A stretch of DNA of 64,000 bases from an uncultured Alphaproteobacteria bacterium (GCA_902586885.1 CACIJG010000006.1:11512-75511), one strand, 5' to 3'. Positions 1 to 8,784 are shown, counted from the stretch's first letter. Notes: generated by a model from the sequence alone, not told the origin. Made by a program: numbers and translations.

Positions 1-1135
1 CTGATAAATTGTAAAAAACCAGTAATATCTTATTACTACAAAAGTGACTTATATTTGCAGAGAAAGAAGCAAGAATTATAATTATTAAGGTAGAAATTAA
101 AGCGAGGATTATAGTATTTAATAATACCATTCCAATATTAAGAAAATCAAAACCCTTTAACCCCAACAGTACATTCGAAAAAAGAACAATCACTGGTAAA
201 ATAAAACCTAAAAATAGAGGGATAAAGCAAAATAGGGATATAGCGAAACTCTTAGGGCCCCTTAATTTTACATGACTTATTCCATTAAATCTTTTAGAAG
301 TTTCACTGAACCTCTGTTGAGATCTGGCTTTTATTTCAAAAAATAGTAAAAGAACGATAAATATAAAAGTTATTAATGCAATTTGTGAAGCTGCAGAAAT
401 ACTATTCATACCAATCCAGACATTAAATATTCCCAAGGTTAAGGTCTGTATGGAAAAATATTCGACCGTTCCAAAGTCGGACAAAACCTCCATTCCTACC
501 AATGCCAAACCTGCCACAATATAAGGTCTACAAAGTGGAAGACCAACTCTAAAAAATTTATTTTCACCATAAAGTGATGCAGTCTCAAATAAGCTCCTTG
601 GTGAATTGCTAAAGCCTGTTCTTGCTAAAATATAAACATATGGATAGAGGACAAAACCCATAACAAAAATTGCTCCACCAATCGACCTAATTTCAGGGAA
701 ATAATAGTCTTTGGCCGTTTCGAAACCTAAAGTCCCTCTTATTAATCCTTGGACTGGTCCAGCATATTCTAAAAAGTCAGTATAAACATAAGCAATTATG
801 TAAGCTGGACATGCCAAAGGAAGTATAAGCGCCCACTCTAGGAATTTTCTCCCAGGAAAAGAAAAGTTGGTCACGAACCAAGCACAAGAAATTCCCAAGC
901 CAGCTGACAATATTAAGACTCCAATAAATAGATAAAGGGTATTAGCTACATATAAACCTAAGACGGTCTCTGTTAAATGCTTCCACAATCCATGATTACT
1001 TTCCAATGCGGTAATAAATAGACTAATTACAGGCCCAAAAAGGATAATTGAAATCAGTATACCAAAATAGTCCCCTCTAAATAATTTTATATCTTTAATT
1101 GTTAGCAATTTATAAGGGATAGCATTGAGGCTCAT
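1..1135 (-). CDS. Fe(3+)-type ABC transporter permease, N-terminal ~378 codons (gene continues past window start)
   Basis: Own translation of the minus strand from ATG (1135-1133) stays open to position 1: MSLNAIPYKLLTIKDIKLFRGDYFGILISIILFGPV...FLEYAGPVQGLIRGTLGF... It is a multi-TM protein. Its start lies 7 nt downstream of the iron-binding protein gene. Confidence 0.7.
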   Translation of the reverse strand, partial: MSLNAIPYKLLTIKDIKLFRGDYFGILISIILFGPVISLFITALESNHGLWKHLTETVLGLYVANTLYLFIGVLILSAGLGISCAWFVTNFSFPGRKFLEWALILPLACPAYIIAYVYTDFLEYAGPVQGLIRGTLGFETAKDYYFPEIRSIGGAIFVMGFVLYPYVYILARTGFSNSPRSLFETASLYGENKFFRVGLPLCRPYIVAGLALVGMEVLSDFGTVEYFSIQTLTLGIFNVWIGMNSISAASQIALITFIFIVLLLFFEIKARSQQRFSETSKRFNGISHVKLRGPKSFAISLFCFIPLFLGFILPVIVLFSNVLLGLKGFDFLNIGMVLLNTIILALISTLIIIILASFSANISHFCSNKILLVFYNLS

Positions 1136-1142
1136 TCAACTA

Positions 1143-2156
1143 TTACCAACCGGTTCTATCGATAATTTTTTGTGCAGTCTGCGTTATCTTTGCAATATCA
1201 GAAATATTTACATTATCTGCTCTGAATGAACCCCAACTTTTTAGCTCGTCAGTAGTTTCCACCATTGGGTTAACAGGATATTCAAAATTAATTTCACCAT
1301 ACATTTTTTGAGAACTTTCCTTAGATAAAAATTCTAATAATGAAATAGCTAAATCCTTATTTTTTGAATGCTTAGCTACCCCTCCTCCAGAGATATTAAT
1401 GTGAGCACCTCTATCTCCTTCTCCTTGATTAGGGAAGATTAGCCTAACGGTACTCGCCCATTTTCTCTGTGTAGGATCTTCTGAATATTTGAGTTTACCG
1501 TAATAGTAATTGTTAATTATTGCTATATCGCATTGACCCTCATATATTGCTTTAACTTGTGCTCGGTCATTTCCCTGTGGCCTTCTAGCAAGATTAGATA
1601 CAAAATTACTTGCCCATTCCTCAGCCCTCTCTTCGCCTAAAGCCAAAATAAGTGATGCCATTAAAGCTCTATTATAAACATGGCTGCCTGGCCTAGAGCA
1701 AATCTTTCCCTTCCACTTAGGGTCAGCAAGGTCCTCAATCTTAAAGATTTCTCCAGCACCTATTCTTTCATCAGAAACTACAATTATTCTTGACCTCTTT
1801 GACAGGGCAAACCATTTGTTATCTGAGCTTTTCAAGTGAGAAGGTATATTTTGGTCAAGAGTATTTGACTTTATCTCTGCCAATAAATCTAGATCGTCGT
1901 AGACATACAATCTCCCTATGTCAACTGTTAATATAAGATCTGCGGGGCTATTCTTTCCCTCTGCCTTAAGTCGTTGAGCTAAACCTTTGGTGGCATAAAC
2001 TACATTTGTTTTGATCCCAGTTTCCTCTGTAAATTTATTCAAAAAAGGATTTATTAAAAAGGGCTGTCTATGAGAGTAGATATTTAACTCCCCACTGTAT
2101 AATTGACCTGATAACATCATAAAAATAACAAATATTGATAAAATATATTTTCTCAT
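1143..2156 (-). CDS. Fe(3+) ABC transporter periplasmic substrate-binding protein (FbpA/SfuA/IdiA family)
   Basis: ORF 1143..2222. I place the start at internal ATG 2156-2154 (MRKYILSIFVIFMMLSGQLYS signal peptide, GGGAAAGAG RBS-like upstream), which removes the overlap with the upstream gene. The body (NIYSHRQPFLINP..., ICSRPGSHVYNRAL, RPQGNDRAQVKAIYEGQCDIAIINNYY) is typical of ferric-iron binding proteins. Confidence 0.85.
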   Translation of the reverse strand: MRKYILSIFVIFMMLSGQLYSGELNIYSHRQPFLINPFLNKFTEETGIKTNVVYATKGLAQRLKAEGKNSPADLILTVDIGRLYVYDDLDLLAEIKSNTLDQNIPSHLKSSDNKWFALSKRSRIIVVSDERIGAGEIFKIEDLADPKWKGKICSRPGSHVYNRALMASLILALGEERAEEWASNFVSNLARRPQGNDRAQVKAIYEGQCDIAIINNYYYGKLKYSEDPTQRKWASTVRLIFPNQGEGDRGAHINISGGGVAKHSKNKDLAISLLEFLSKESSQKMYGEINFEYPVNPMVETTDELKSWGSFRADNVNISDIAKITQTAQKIIDRTGW

Positions 2157-2175
2157 CTCTTTCCCTATCTTCTTT

Positions 2176-3156
2176 CTATGTTTTGAATATTGTAAATATG
2201 GATTTAACCCCTCTGAATCCACTTAATGAAATTTGTAAAATTTCTTTCAATGGATGAATATATAGATCCCTTAAACTTTGGTGATCAATATGGTCCTCTT
2301 CTATACCGAGAACCAGACTATCAACATCTTCAGAATGGTGAAGAGATCCAAAAATCCAATCCCATAAAGCTAAAGTTGCCCCAAAATTTTTGTCGTAGTG
2401 TCTTAAATCAATTGAATGATGAAGCTGATGTTGCGCTGGAGAAATTATCAGTTTTTCCAACCAAGACCAATATTGGATCCCAATATGCGAATGCCTTAAG
2501 TTGGATCCTGCGATATGGAAAGCAAAAACAAAAACGTTTACTCCCAGAATGGTAACCAGATCAACTTTGTTACCAAATACATATATGAAAAAAGAAATAA
2601 CTATACCTTGTGTAAAAGCTCCTCTTATAGAAAAGACGACGCCCTCGAGCGGATGGGTTCTATAAACAGTTATTGGATTTAGAGTCTCAGCTGAATGATG
2701 CACCTTGTGCAACGCCCACAGCACAGGCCATTTGTGCATAAATCTATGCACCCAGTATTTGGTAAAATCATCAAAAATAAAATAAGACAAAGTAAATAAT
2801 AGTGCGACCGCGTTAGCAGGTATTTCGGGAAAATGACTCGTCTTAAATAAAGGAATGGAGTGCAAAAAATAGTAAATTGAAGTTGCTACCACCATCTGGG
2901 ACAAAAGATATGGTGATAGGAAAATCATAAATACCCTATTAATGAGGAAAACCTTATAATCTGCTCTTGCAGAACGAGAAAATAGTATTTTAATATCGAA
3001 TATTTTAGTTATAGCCTTTTTAAAGCTCTTATTTCTAAAGAAGACTAACCAACCAAGAGCTAGAAAAATTGAAACCAATAAATATCCAAAAAAAACCCTC
3101 TTTTTCGGATCAAAAAAATGCTCAAATATTTCTGTTAAAAAAGTTCCTTCAGTCAT
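2176..3156 (-). CDS. membrane fatty-acid hydroxylase / sterol desaturase superfamily (di-iron) enzyme
   Basis: Histidine boxes HRFMHKWPVLWALHKVHHSAE and HQLHHS, plus several hydrophobic segments. Substrate unknown. Confidence 0.75.
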   Translation of the reverse strand: MTEGTFLTEIFEHFFDPKKRVFFGYLLVSIFLALGWLVFFRNKSFKKAITKIFDIKILFSRSARADYKVFLINRVFMIFLSPYLLSQMVVATSIYYFLHSIPLFKTSHFPEIPANAVALLFTLSYFIFDDFTKYWVHRFMHKWPVLWALHKVHHSAETLNPITVYRTHPLEGVVFSIRGAFTQGIVISFFIYVFGNKVDLVTILGVNVFVFAFHIAGSNLRHSHIGIQYWSWLEKLIISPAQHQLHHSIDLRHYDKNFGATLALWDWIFGSLHHSEDVDSLVLGIEEDHIDHQSLRDLYIHPLKEILQISLSGFRGVKSIFTIFKT

Positions 3157-3238
3157 TTTTTTTTTTACTATTAATTAATATTAAAAAATATTTTTTGAAA
3201 TTATATAATACATAATGATACAGTATGGAATCAAAGGA

Positions 3239-3272
3239 CTCCAACCCGGAGACTAGGAAATCCGGATTGGAG
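3239..3272 (-). terminator. stem-loop terminator candidate after the 3291..4682 gene
   Basis: Minus-strand RNA reads CUCCAAUCCGGA-uuuccuaguc-UCCGGGUUGGAG, a 12-bp stem including one G-U pair. It starts 18 nt after the stop codon, is followed by UCCUUUGAUU, and is GC-rich for this genome. Confidence 0.6.
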
Positions 3273-3290
3273 TAGGAGAAGAAAACTCTA

Positions 3291-4682
3291 TTAGTCGTTC
3301 TCTGCGCTATCAGAGTTTCCCATTTTCGATGCCAAGTCAGCCATGTCGGATAACATATCGCTTGCTTTCGCCTTGACACCAAACTTGTCGACCATAAGCT
3401 TTTGTATTTTAAGCATATGCAGTTTAAATTCACCCCAGCTTTGAGCTTCCTCTTTAAGATAGTTACCTTGAGAATCTACTCCTGTTACCTGAGATGCATT
3501 CATTAACACTGGTCCAAAACCTGTCAGTCTGTTGAGTTTAACAGCCGTTTCACCTAAGTTAGATTTTCCTGTTTGCAACGCTAGAGCAAAGCCTTTCAAC
3601 TCACCCCAATGCTTACCATACTTAGAGAACTGCTTGTCAGTATTACCGTTAGAAGCCAGAATCTCTTCTAACTTTACTATATCTTTATACACACTACCTG
3701 CATATTTGAAAACTGACTCTGCTATGACTTTTTCCCAATTTTCATTTATGATAGCTATGTGACCTGCCAAAGCTGCCCTCTCTTTCGCAGATAAAGCATC
3801 TCCCTTAGCTCCAGCAATTATTTTTCTTCCATCTAAGAAGGCCTGGGTCACAGTATTGTAATAGTTAGTTTTTCCACCTTTATCATAACTTGCTGCATAA
3901 TAAGCGTGAGCGAAGTTCATTTCGTGCTTTAAATCAACTACACCATCTTTGTTTTGGTCAGCGGCTGCCATATCCTTCATTTTGGTTACATTGTAGTTTT
4001 GCTTAGCATCCAACCCCAATCCATGTGAAGCAGCACCCCAATACCCAAAAGCCTCATCCCAGCTATGCTCCTTACCAGTGTAGTGAGCACCATCCTTGTA
4101 GGGTTTATTATTTGGTTTATTATCGGCAGTCATTTTTTCGTCTAGGTAGTTGTCTACTGATTGATTGTAAAACACAGCACCCATCGCAAACTTAGAAATC
4201 AATTGAGGGTAATTGTACCCAGTGGAAGGATCGAAACCACCTTTTGTTTTGGCAGCTTTCTTGATCATAAATTCAATAACTTCAGGACCTGTCATTTGTC
4301 CTGGCCATCCATTGATTATGCCCTTGTAAGTCTTACCAGAAAGGTTCTTTCCCTTACTTATTTGGTTCAAGGTTGTTTGCTTTATCTTAAAGTCACCTTT
4401 GGTTTTTGGTGCAATGATATCAAGATCCTCTTTACTACCCTTAAAATACATCATCATCTGAGCTTCAAGAGACGCTGCATTTGACCCGCCGTCGCCTTTT
4501 CCTGCAAGCTTTTTCAAGGAATCATGCAATACGTGTCTGGCAATCTGTCCTGAATATGATACTGAATTTGTTTTTGAACCAGAGTACCCTTTTAGAGTTA
4601 CTGGGAACTTGTTGTAAAAATGATGTGCAAATGCTTCCGTAACGAAAAACAGTGACGACACCAATATAATAAGTTTTTTCAT
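3291..4682 (-). CDS. secreted protein of unknown function with EF-hand-like Ca-binding loop (possibly iron-regulated; DUF4856/imelysin-neighbourhood-like, unverified)
   Basis: 463-aa ORF with signal peptide MKKLIILVSSLFFVTEAFA/HH. Loop DQNKDGVVDLKHE is encoded at 3921-3959. Motif HSWDEAFGYWG is present. The gene has its own terminator hairpin and Fur-like palindromes upstream. Confidence 0.55.
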   Translation of the reverse strand: MKKLIILVSSLFFVTEAFAHHFYNKFPVTLKGYSGSKTNSVSYSGQIARHVLHDSLKKLAGKGDGGSNAASLEAQMMMYFKGSKEDLDIIAPKTKGDFKIKQTTLNQISKGKNLSGKTYKGIINGWPGQMTGPEVIEFMIKKAAKTKGGFDPSTGYNYPQLISKFAMGAVFYNQSVDNYLDEKMTADNKPNNKPYKDGAHYTGKEHSWDEAFGYWGAASHGLGLDAKQNYNVTKMKDMAAADQNKDGVVDLKHEMNFAHAYYAASYDKGGKTNYYNTVTQAFLDGRKIIAGAKGDALSAKERAALAGHIAIINENWEKVIAESVFKYAGSVYKDIVKLEEILASNGNTDKQFSKYGKHWGELKGFALALQTGKSNLGETAVKLNRLTGFGPVLMNASQVTGVDSQGNYLKEEAQSWGEFKLHMLKIQKLMVDKFGVKAKASDMLSDMADLASKMGNSDSAEND

Positions 4683-4731
4683 GTAAATTTCCTATTTTTT
4701 TAATCTGACTGTTGTTGTCGGATTTAAATCT

Positions 4732-4744
4732 GATAAAATTTATC
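4732..4744. promoter_or_regulatory. 6-1-6 palindrome GATAAAaTTTATC, weak Fur-like operator candidate
   Basis: Perfect inverted hexamers lie ~50 nt upstream of the start codon at 4682. The motif is AT-only, so chance occurrence is plausible. Confidence 0.3.
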
Positions 4745-4860
4745 TAGTTTGTCAATATAATTCTGACTATTTTTATCAAATTATTTTTTTAAGAGAGATT
4801 TCCCTGAATTTGCTATTTTCTGAACTAGTTTTCACATTCTTTTTAAAATCAACTTGCAAT

Positions 4861-4875
4861 TGATAATCATTATCA
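4861..4875. promoter_or_regulatory. Fur/Mur box (perfect 7-1-7 palindrome TGATAATCATTATCA)
   Basis: The 19-mer at 4856-4874, gcaattGATAATCATTATC, matches 16/19 positions of the classical Fur consensus GATAATGATAATCATTATC. It lies 31 nt upstream of the TTG start at 4906, in a divergent intergenic region flanked by metal-related genes. Confidence 0.65.
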
Positions 4876-4905
4876 TGTAGAGATAAGAAAAATGGTTTTA
4901 TTGAG

Positions 4906-6000
4906 TTGAGATTTTATATTAAACGCAGATACTTTATCGCTTTTTGTCTACTAGCGTTAATGGTATCACCCAACGAGCTAGGAAATCTAACGCGAAGGTT
5001 AGTAACAGATGCCTACATTCAGGTAAGTGTGTTTGTTGCCTTCACGTTATTGTTATTTTACTCGTCTGAAAGAATATTTAAATTTGATATTGGCTCTACT
5101 TTAAAAAAGTCAAAATTATTTCAGATACCAATATCAGCGCTTTTGGGCGCCACACCTGGTTGTGGGGGTGCGGTTGTAGTTGTTGCGGCATATGCTTCAG
5201 GAAATGTGTCTTTTGGAGCTGTTTTAGCTACCCTAACGGCCACCATGGGAGATGCTGCATTTTTATTGATTGCAACCAAGCCAGAAGTTGCCATTTTGGT
5301 TTTACCTCTGTCTTTAGGTGCTGGAATAGTTACCGGTTTTATTGTCGACCAATTTGTTTCAGTCGAAAATCAACAAAATTCCATGGATTTACATAAGGAA
5401 ATAGCGTTAATAGGCAAGACTCGTTACAGAGATTTAATATATGTGCTCATCACCATACCAGGCTTTATTTTCGGATTGTTTCAAATAATGCAATACGATT
5501 TAAAACAACTATTTGGCTACTTACCAGAACTTATATCAATAACAGGTGTCATTACAGGTATTTTTATTTGGTCAACCTCAAAAGTTAAAACGATGACTAA
5601 CCCACTTGATAAACCACTAGTTAGAGTTTCTGAGGAGACAAGTTTTATTACAATATGGGTTTTGGCTGCATATTTAGCATATGACTATTTGGTTGCGCTC
5701 ACACCACTTAACTTAGAAATATTATTTGAATCTGTAACTATCTTCTTGCCACTTATTGCTATCTTAGTCGGATTTATCCCTGGATGCGGCCCACAAGTTC
5801 TGGTCACGACACTTTTTATTAATGGCCTTATACCTTTTAGTGCTCTTTTAGGAAACGCAATCTCCAATGATGGAGATGCTCTTTTCCCTGCAATAGCTAT
5901 TGATCCCAAAGTAGCTCTACTTGCAACTATCTACTCTGCAGTTCCTGCATTTATACTTGCTTATTCAATTTATTTTCTTTTCCCTAATCTAGGCGGATAA
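4906..6000 (+). CDS. 10-TM putative metal (Mn/heavy-metal) transporter, ArsP_2/DUF2899-like
   Basis: Polytopic membrane protein with a two-fold internal repeat: PGCGG...MGDAAFLLIA in the first half and PGCGP...DGDALFPAIA in the second. The start is uncertain (TTG 4906 or ATG 4960). Confidence 0.6.
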   Translation: MRFYIKRRYFIAFCLLALMVSPNELGNLTRRLVTDAYIQVSVFVAFTLLLFYSSERIFKFDIGSTLKKSKLFQIPISALLGATPGCGGAVVVVAAYASGNVSFGAVLATLTATMGDAAFLLIATKPEVAILVLPLSLGAGIVTGFIVDQFVSVENQQNSMDLHKEIALIGKTRYRDLIYVLITIPGFIFGLFQIMQYDLKQLFGYLPELISITGVITGIFIWSTSKVKTMTNPLDKPLVRVSEETSFITIWVLAAYLAYDYLVALTPLNLEILFESVTIFLPLIAILVGFIPGCGPQVLVTTLFINGLIPFSALLGNAISNDGDALFPAIAIDPKVALLATIYSAVPAFILAYSIYFLFPNLGG

Positions 6001-6002
6001 GG

Positions 6003-6470
6003 TTAATCATCTGCCAAGGTCTTGTTCACTTTTTTTCGCATATTTTCAACAAGCTTTGTAATATTATCTGATATTTTATCGGTCTTTTTTACCATTTTCA
6101 TCAGATCTTCTAAATCTTTAGACAACTCCTCACTTTGATTGTTAGAGTCTATTAACCTTATGTTTGTTTTTCTTATCAGGGCGCCTATAACCTTATTTTT
6201 ATCCATAAAATCGCTGATTACCTTTGAAGGAAGAAACAAAGCGTGTACTTCATGCTCTCCAGCTATGGCTGTGACAGACCTATGTTTTTTCAAAATCAAA
6301 GATGCATCTCCAAATATTTCATTAACACCTAGCCTATTTAACTTCAACCCACCAGAAGTATAAAGATAAACATAGCCTGAAACGATCAGATAAGCCCCGC
6401 TAGGCGCATCACCTACCTTGTAAATTTCTTCATGAGGCTGCCAGATTACATGTTTTTCAGTTTTTTCCAT
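6003..6470 (-). CDS. stand-alone cyclic-nucleotide-binding domain protein
   Basis: cNMP-binding cassette features GAYLIVSGYVYLY and FGDASLILKKHRSVTAIA. The C-terminal ~45 aa form a charged helical tail, and there is no HTH or other effector domain. Confidence 0.65.
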   Translation of the reverse strand: MEKTEKHVIWQPHEEIYKVGDAPSGAYLIVSGYVYLYTSGGLKLNRLGVNEIFGDASLILKKHRSVTAIAGEHEVHALFLPSKVISDFMDKNKVIGALIRKTNIRLIDSNNQSEELSKDLEDLMKMVKKTDKISDNITKLVENMRKKVNKTLADD

Positions 6471-6606
6471 GTTTAGCTATTCTATATATCTTTGTAACGC
6501 TCTTGGTCTACCACAATTAGCTGCACTATTCCACCAGCATCTTTCAAAACTGTAAGAGATGTATTACTGGTTGAATGATAATAAATCTTCACAACGCATT
6601 ACTCTC

Positions 6607-7491
6607 TTAAAAAACTAATTTCCTTAAAGCTTCTGACATTTCAAATGGAATAGGTATTGATTTTCTCTTGTTAAGATCCATTGTAACGGCTACTGCACTG
6701 GCAATTGCTGCTACATCACCGTTTGCTACATCAAAAATCCAATGCTTCCAAACAAATGTTTTTCTGGCGATAGAGCCGACCGCAGATTTCGTTTTTAAAT
6801 GTGTGCCAAGTGCTACATATTTTAGAAAATCGAATCTGTACTCTAAAGCTGCACTACCAATACTCGTCATGCCATTCTCATCTATGGTTCCAGTGTATGC
6901 AAGTAAATGGGGTGTTGAGTCTGAGACTATACCCATATAAGAAGAAGGTTTTATTAATTTATTATCATCACATTGTCTCAACAAAACCACAGCTTCAAAT
7001 GAGTCCAACATATTTTTATCTGATGCTTGCCTAAGACTCATAGGAGCTTCTTTTTGCATAGATAATCCTCTTGCTATCCCATATTCCGGAATCTCTACTT
7101 GAAGATCATTCATATTATTTCGCAATTTTTCTCGTCTATTTAAAGAAAAACTATCCGTGAAAGAAAATTCAAAGTTAAACGTTGCTGAAGGGTTTTTAGT
7201 TATAGTTTCTATCAACTCTAAATATATTTTAATGGTGGATTGGTTAATATCCAAAATACCAGCTTTTATAAAGAACGGTGCTCCGGGCCTTTGTTCCCTT
7301 AAAAATCTGATGTGGGCTTTCTTCAGAGAAATGTTTTTGTTGCCTAATTCTGTACTCTGTTCATTAATGCCCAGGTATTTCCATATAACTAAACAACCCT
7401 GCAGAGCTTTTTCAAAATAAAATTGAACATTCATGTGACCCATTTGATCGATTTCCCAAGATTGCACTGAGTTTCTATAAACTGAAATCAT
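6607..7491 (-). CDS. thioesterase superfamily protein (tandem hotdog-like)
   Basis: N-terminus MISVYRNSVQSWEIDQMGHMNVQFYFEKA is typical of 4HBT-type thioesterases. The 294-aa length is consistent with two hotdog repeats. Confidence 0.55.
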   Translation of the reverse strand: MISVYRNSVQSWEIDQMGHMNVQFYFEKALQGCLVIWKYLGINEQSTELGNKNISLKKAHIRFLREQRPGAPFFIKAGILDINQSTIKIYLELIETITKNPSATFNFEFSFTDSFSLNRREKLRNNMNDLQVEIPEYGIARGLSMQKEAPMSLRQASDKNMLDSFEAVVLLRQCDDNKLIKPSSYMGIVSDSTPHLLAYTGTIDENGMTSIGSAALEYRFDFLKYVALGTHLKTKSAVGSIARKTFVWKHWIFDVANGDVAAIASAVAVTMDLNKRKSIPIPFEMSEALRKLVF

Positions 7492-7605
7492 TAAATAAAA
7501 CCTTTGAAAAAATCGTAAATGAAAATTGATATTATATTATAAAATGTGAATAAAATTGACTTTACATGAAAAAAAAGTCCTTACTATATAAAAAAGGATT
7601 TCAAG

Positions 7606-8760
7606 TTGAATAATTCAATAGCTACTTTAGAAAATTGGCGTTTACCTCCCTTTAATAGAAATGCATTTTCAAATGTGAGAGAGATTCTACCCACTTCGAA
7701 GTTAAATAAGATCACTAACCCTTATTCTTCCAATAATGATTTTAAAAATTTAAATCTTAATGTTTCTAATTTTTCGGGAAACGATTTAAAACTTGAGGAG
7801 TTTTTGAAGACAACTACTGTTGATGCTTTCTGTGTTTCTTCAAAGGGAAAGCCAGTCTTTCAATGGTCTTCAAAATATTCTTCTTGTTACCAATCTCACA
7901 TAATATTTTCTGTCTCAAAATCTATGACAGCTTTACTTGTCGGATGTTTGATTGAAGACGGATTAGTTGAAGAGGATACTTTAGTTTCGCATATTTTTCC
8001 AGAAACTTTTGGCAGCGCTTTTGAGGATGCGTCTATTAGAAACTTACTTGATATGAGTGTGTCCTCCAATTTCGTTGAGGATTATTTAGCAACTTCAGGA
8101 ATCTTTATAGATTATAGGCAATCAACGGGTTGGAACCCCCAAGACATTCGGAAACTAAGTGATTTAAAATCATTTCTTTTCACCCTTAAAAGGGGTAAAG
8201 GTCACCATGGAAAAAAATTTGAATATCATTCTACTAACTCAGATATGTTGGGACTGATAATTGAAAAGTTGACAGGAAAAAAGTACGGTGAATTGTTTTA
8301 CGAAAGATTATTAAAGCCACTTGAAGCACAAGATGAATCATATATTTCTGTTGATAGAGTGGGTACCCCCAGAGCAGCTGGAGGCATTTGCATATCCGCA
8401 ATGGATTTGCTTAAAATATGTGAGATGGTTCGTTGCTTTGGAAAAAATCAGGAAGAAAAGCAAGTTTTTCCTAAAAGTTGGATTGAAGATATATTAACTG
8501 GGGCAAGCGACAAAGAGTTTATCTTAGACGGACATAGCGACATTTTTCCTGAAGGCTTATACAGATCAAAATGGTATAGACCTTATCCCAATAGGTCCTT
8601 ACTGTTCGGTTTGGGCATTCATGGACAATGGATCTGGATTGACTTTGATAACAATTTATCGATTGTTTGCTTAAGCTCAGACCCAAAGCCAATTATGAAA
8701 AATAATATAGTTCTGATGGAAAAGGTGTTTAACCAAATAACAGAACAGTTAAAAGTATAA
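7606..8760 (+). CDS. serine hydrolase, beta-lactamase-related family
   Basis: S-x-x-K motif in IIFSVSKSMTALLVG. The 384-aa size fits class-C-like esterases/peptidases. TTG start. Confidence 0.65.
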   Translation: MNNSIATLENWRLPPFNRNAFSNVREILPTSKLNKITNPYSSNNDFKNLNLNVSNFSGNDLKLEEFLKTTTVDAFCVSSKGKPVFQWSSKYSSCYQSHIIFSVSKSMTALLVGCLIEDGLVEEDTLVSHIFPETFGSAFEDASIRNLLDMSVSSNFVEDYLATSGIFIDYRQSTGWNPQDIRKLSDLKSFLFTLKRGKGHHGKKFEYHSTNSDMLGLIIEKLTGKKYGELFYERLLKPLEAQDESYISVDRVGTPRAAGGICISAMDLLKICEMVRCFGKNQEEKQVFPKSWIEDILTGASDKEFILDGHSDIFPEGLYRSKWYRPYPNRSLLFGLGIHGQWIWIDFDNNLSIVCLSSDPKPIMKNNIVLMEKVFNQITEQLKV

Positions 8761-8784
8761 ATTTTTATTAAATAAGATTGCAAT

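Noticed and set aside
3212-3220. Fur-consensus half-site ATAATGATA upstream of the hydroxylase/Fe3+ ABC genes, with a similar AATGATAAT at 6572-6587
   Set aside because: The match is only about 10/19 to the full consensus. Half-sites like this are expected by chance in ~70 percent A+T intergenic DNA, and it is not reported as a feature.
3149-3433. 94-aa minus-strand ORF bridging the 3' end of the secreted-protein gene and the hydroxylase start
   Set aside because: It overlaps the real 463-aa ORF in another frame and runs through the terminator hairpin and promoter region. It has no motif.
5160-5396. Cysteine-rich 78-aa ORF (MWGCGCSCCGICFRKC...) that looks like a metallothionein or RiPP-type peptide
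   Set aside because: It is an alternative same-strand frame inside the 10-TM transporter gene. The Cys richness comes from reading the GGT/GCG/GTT-rich Gly/Ala/Val codons out of frame. It has no independent start context.
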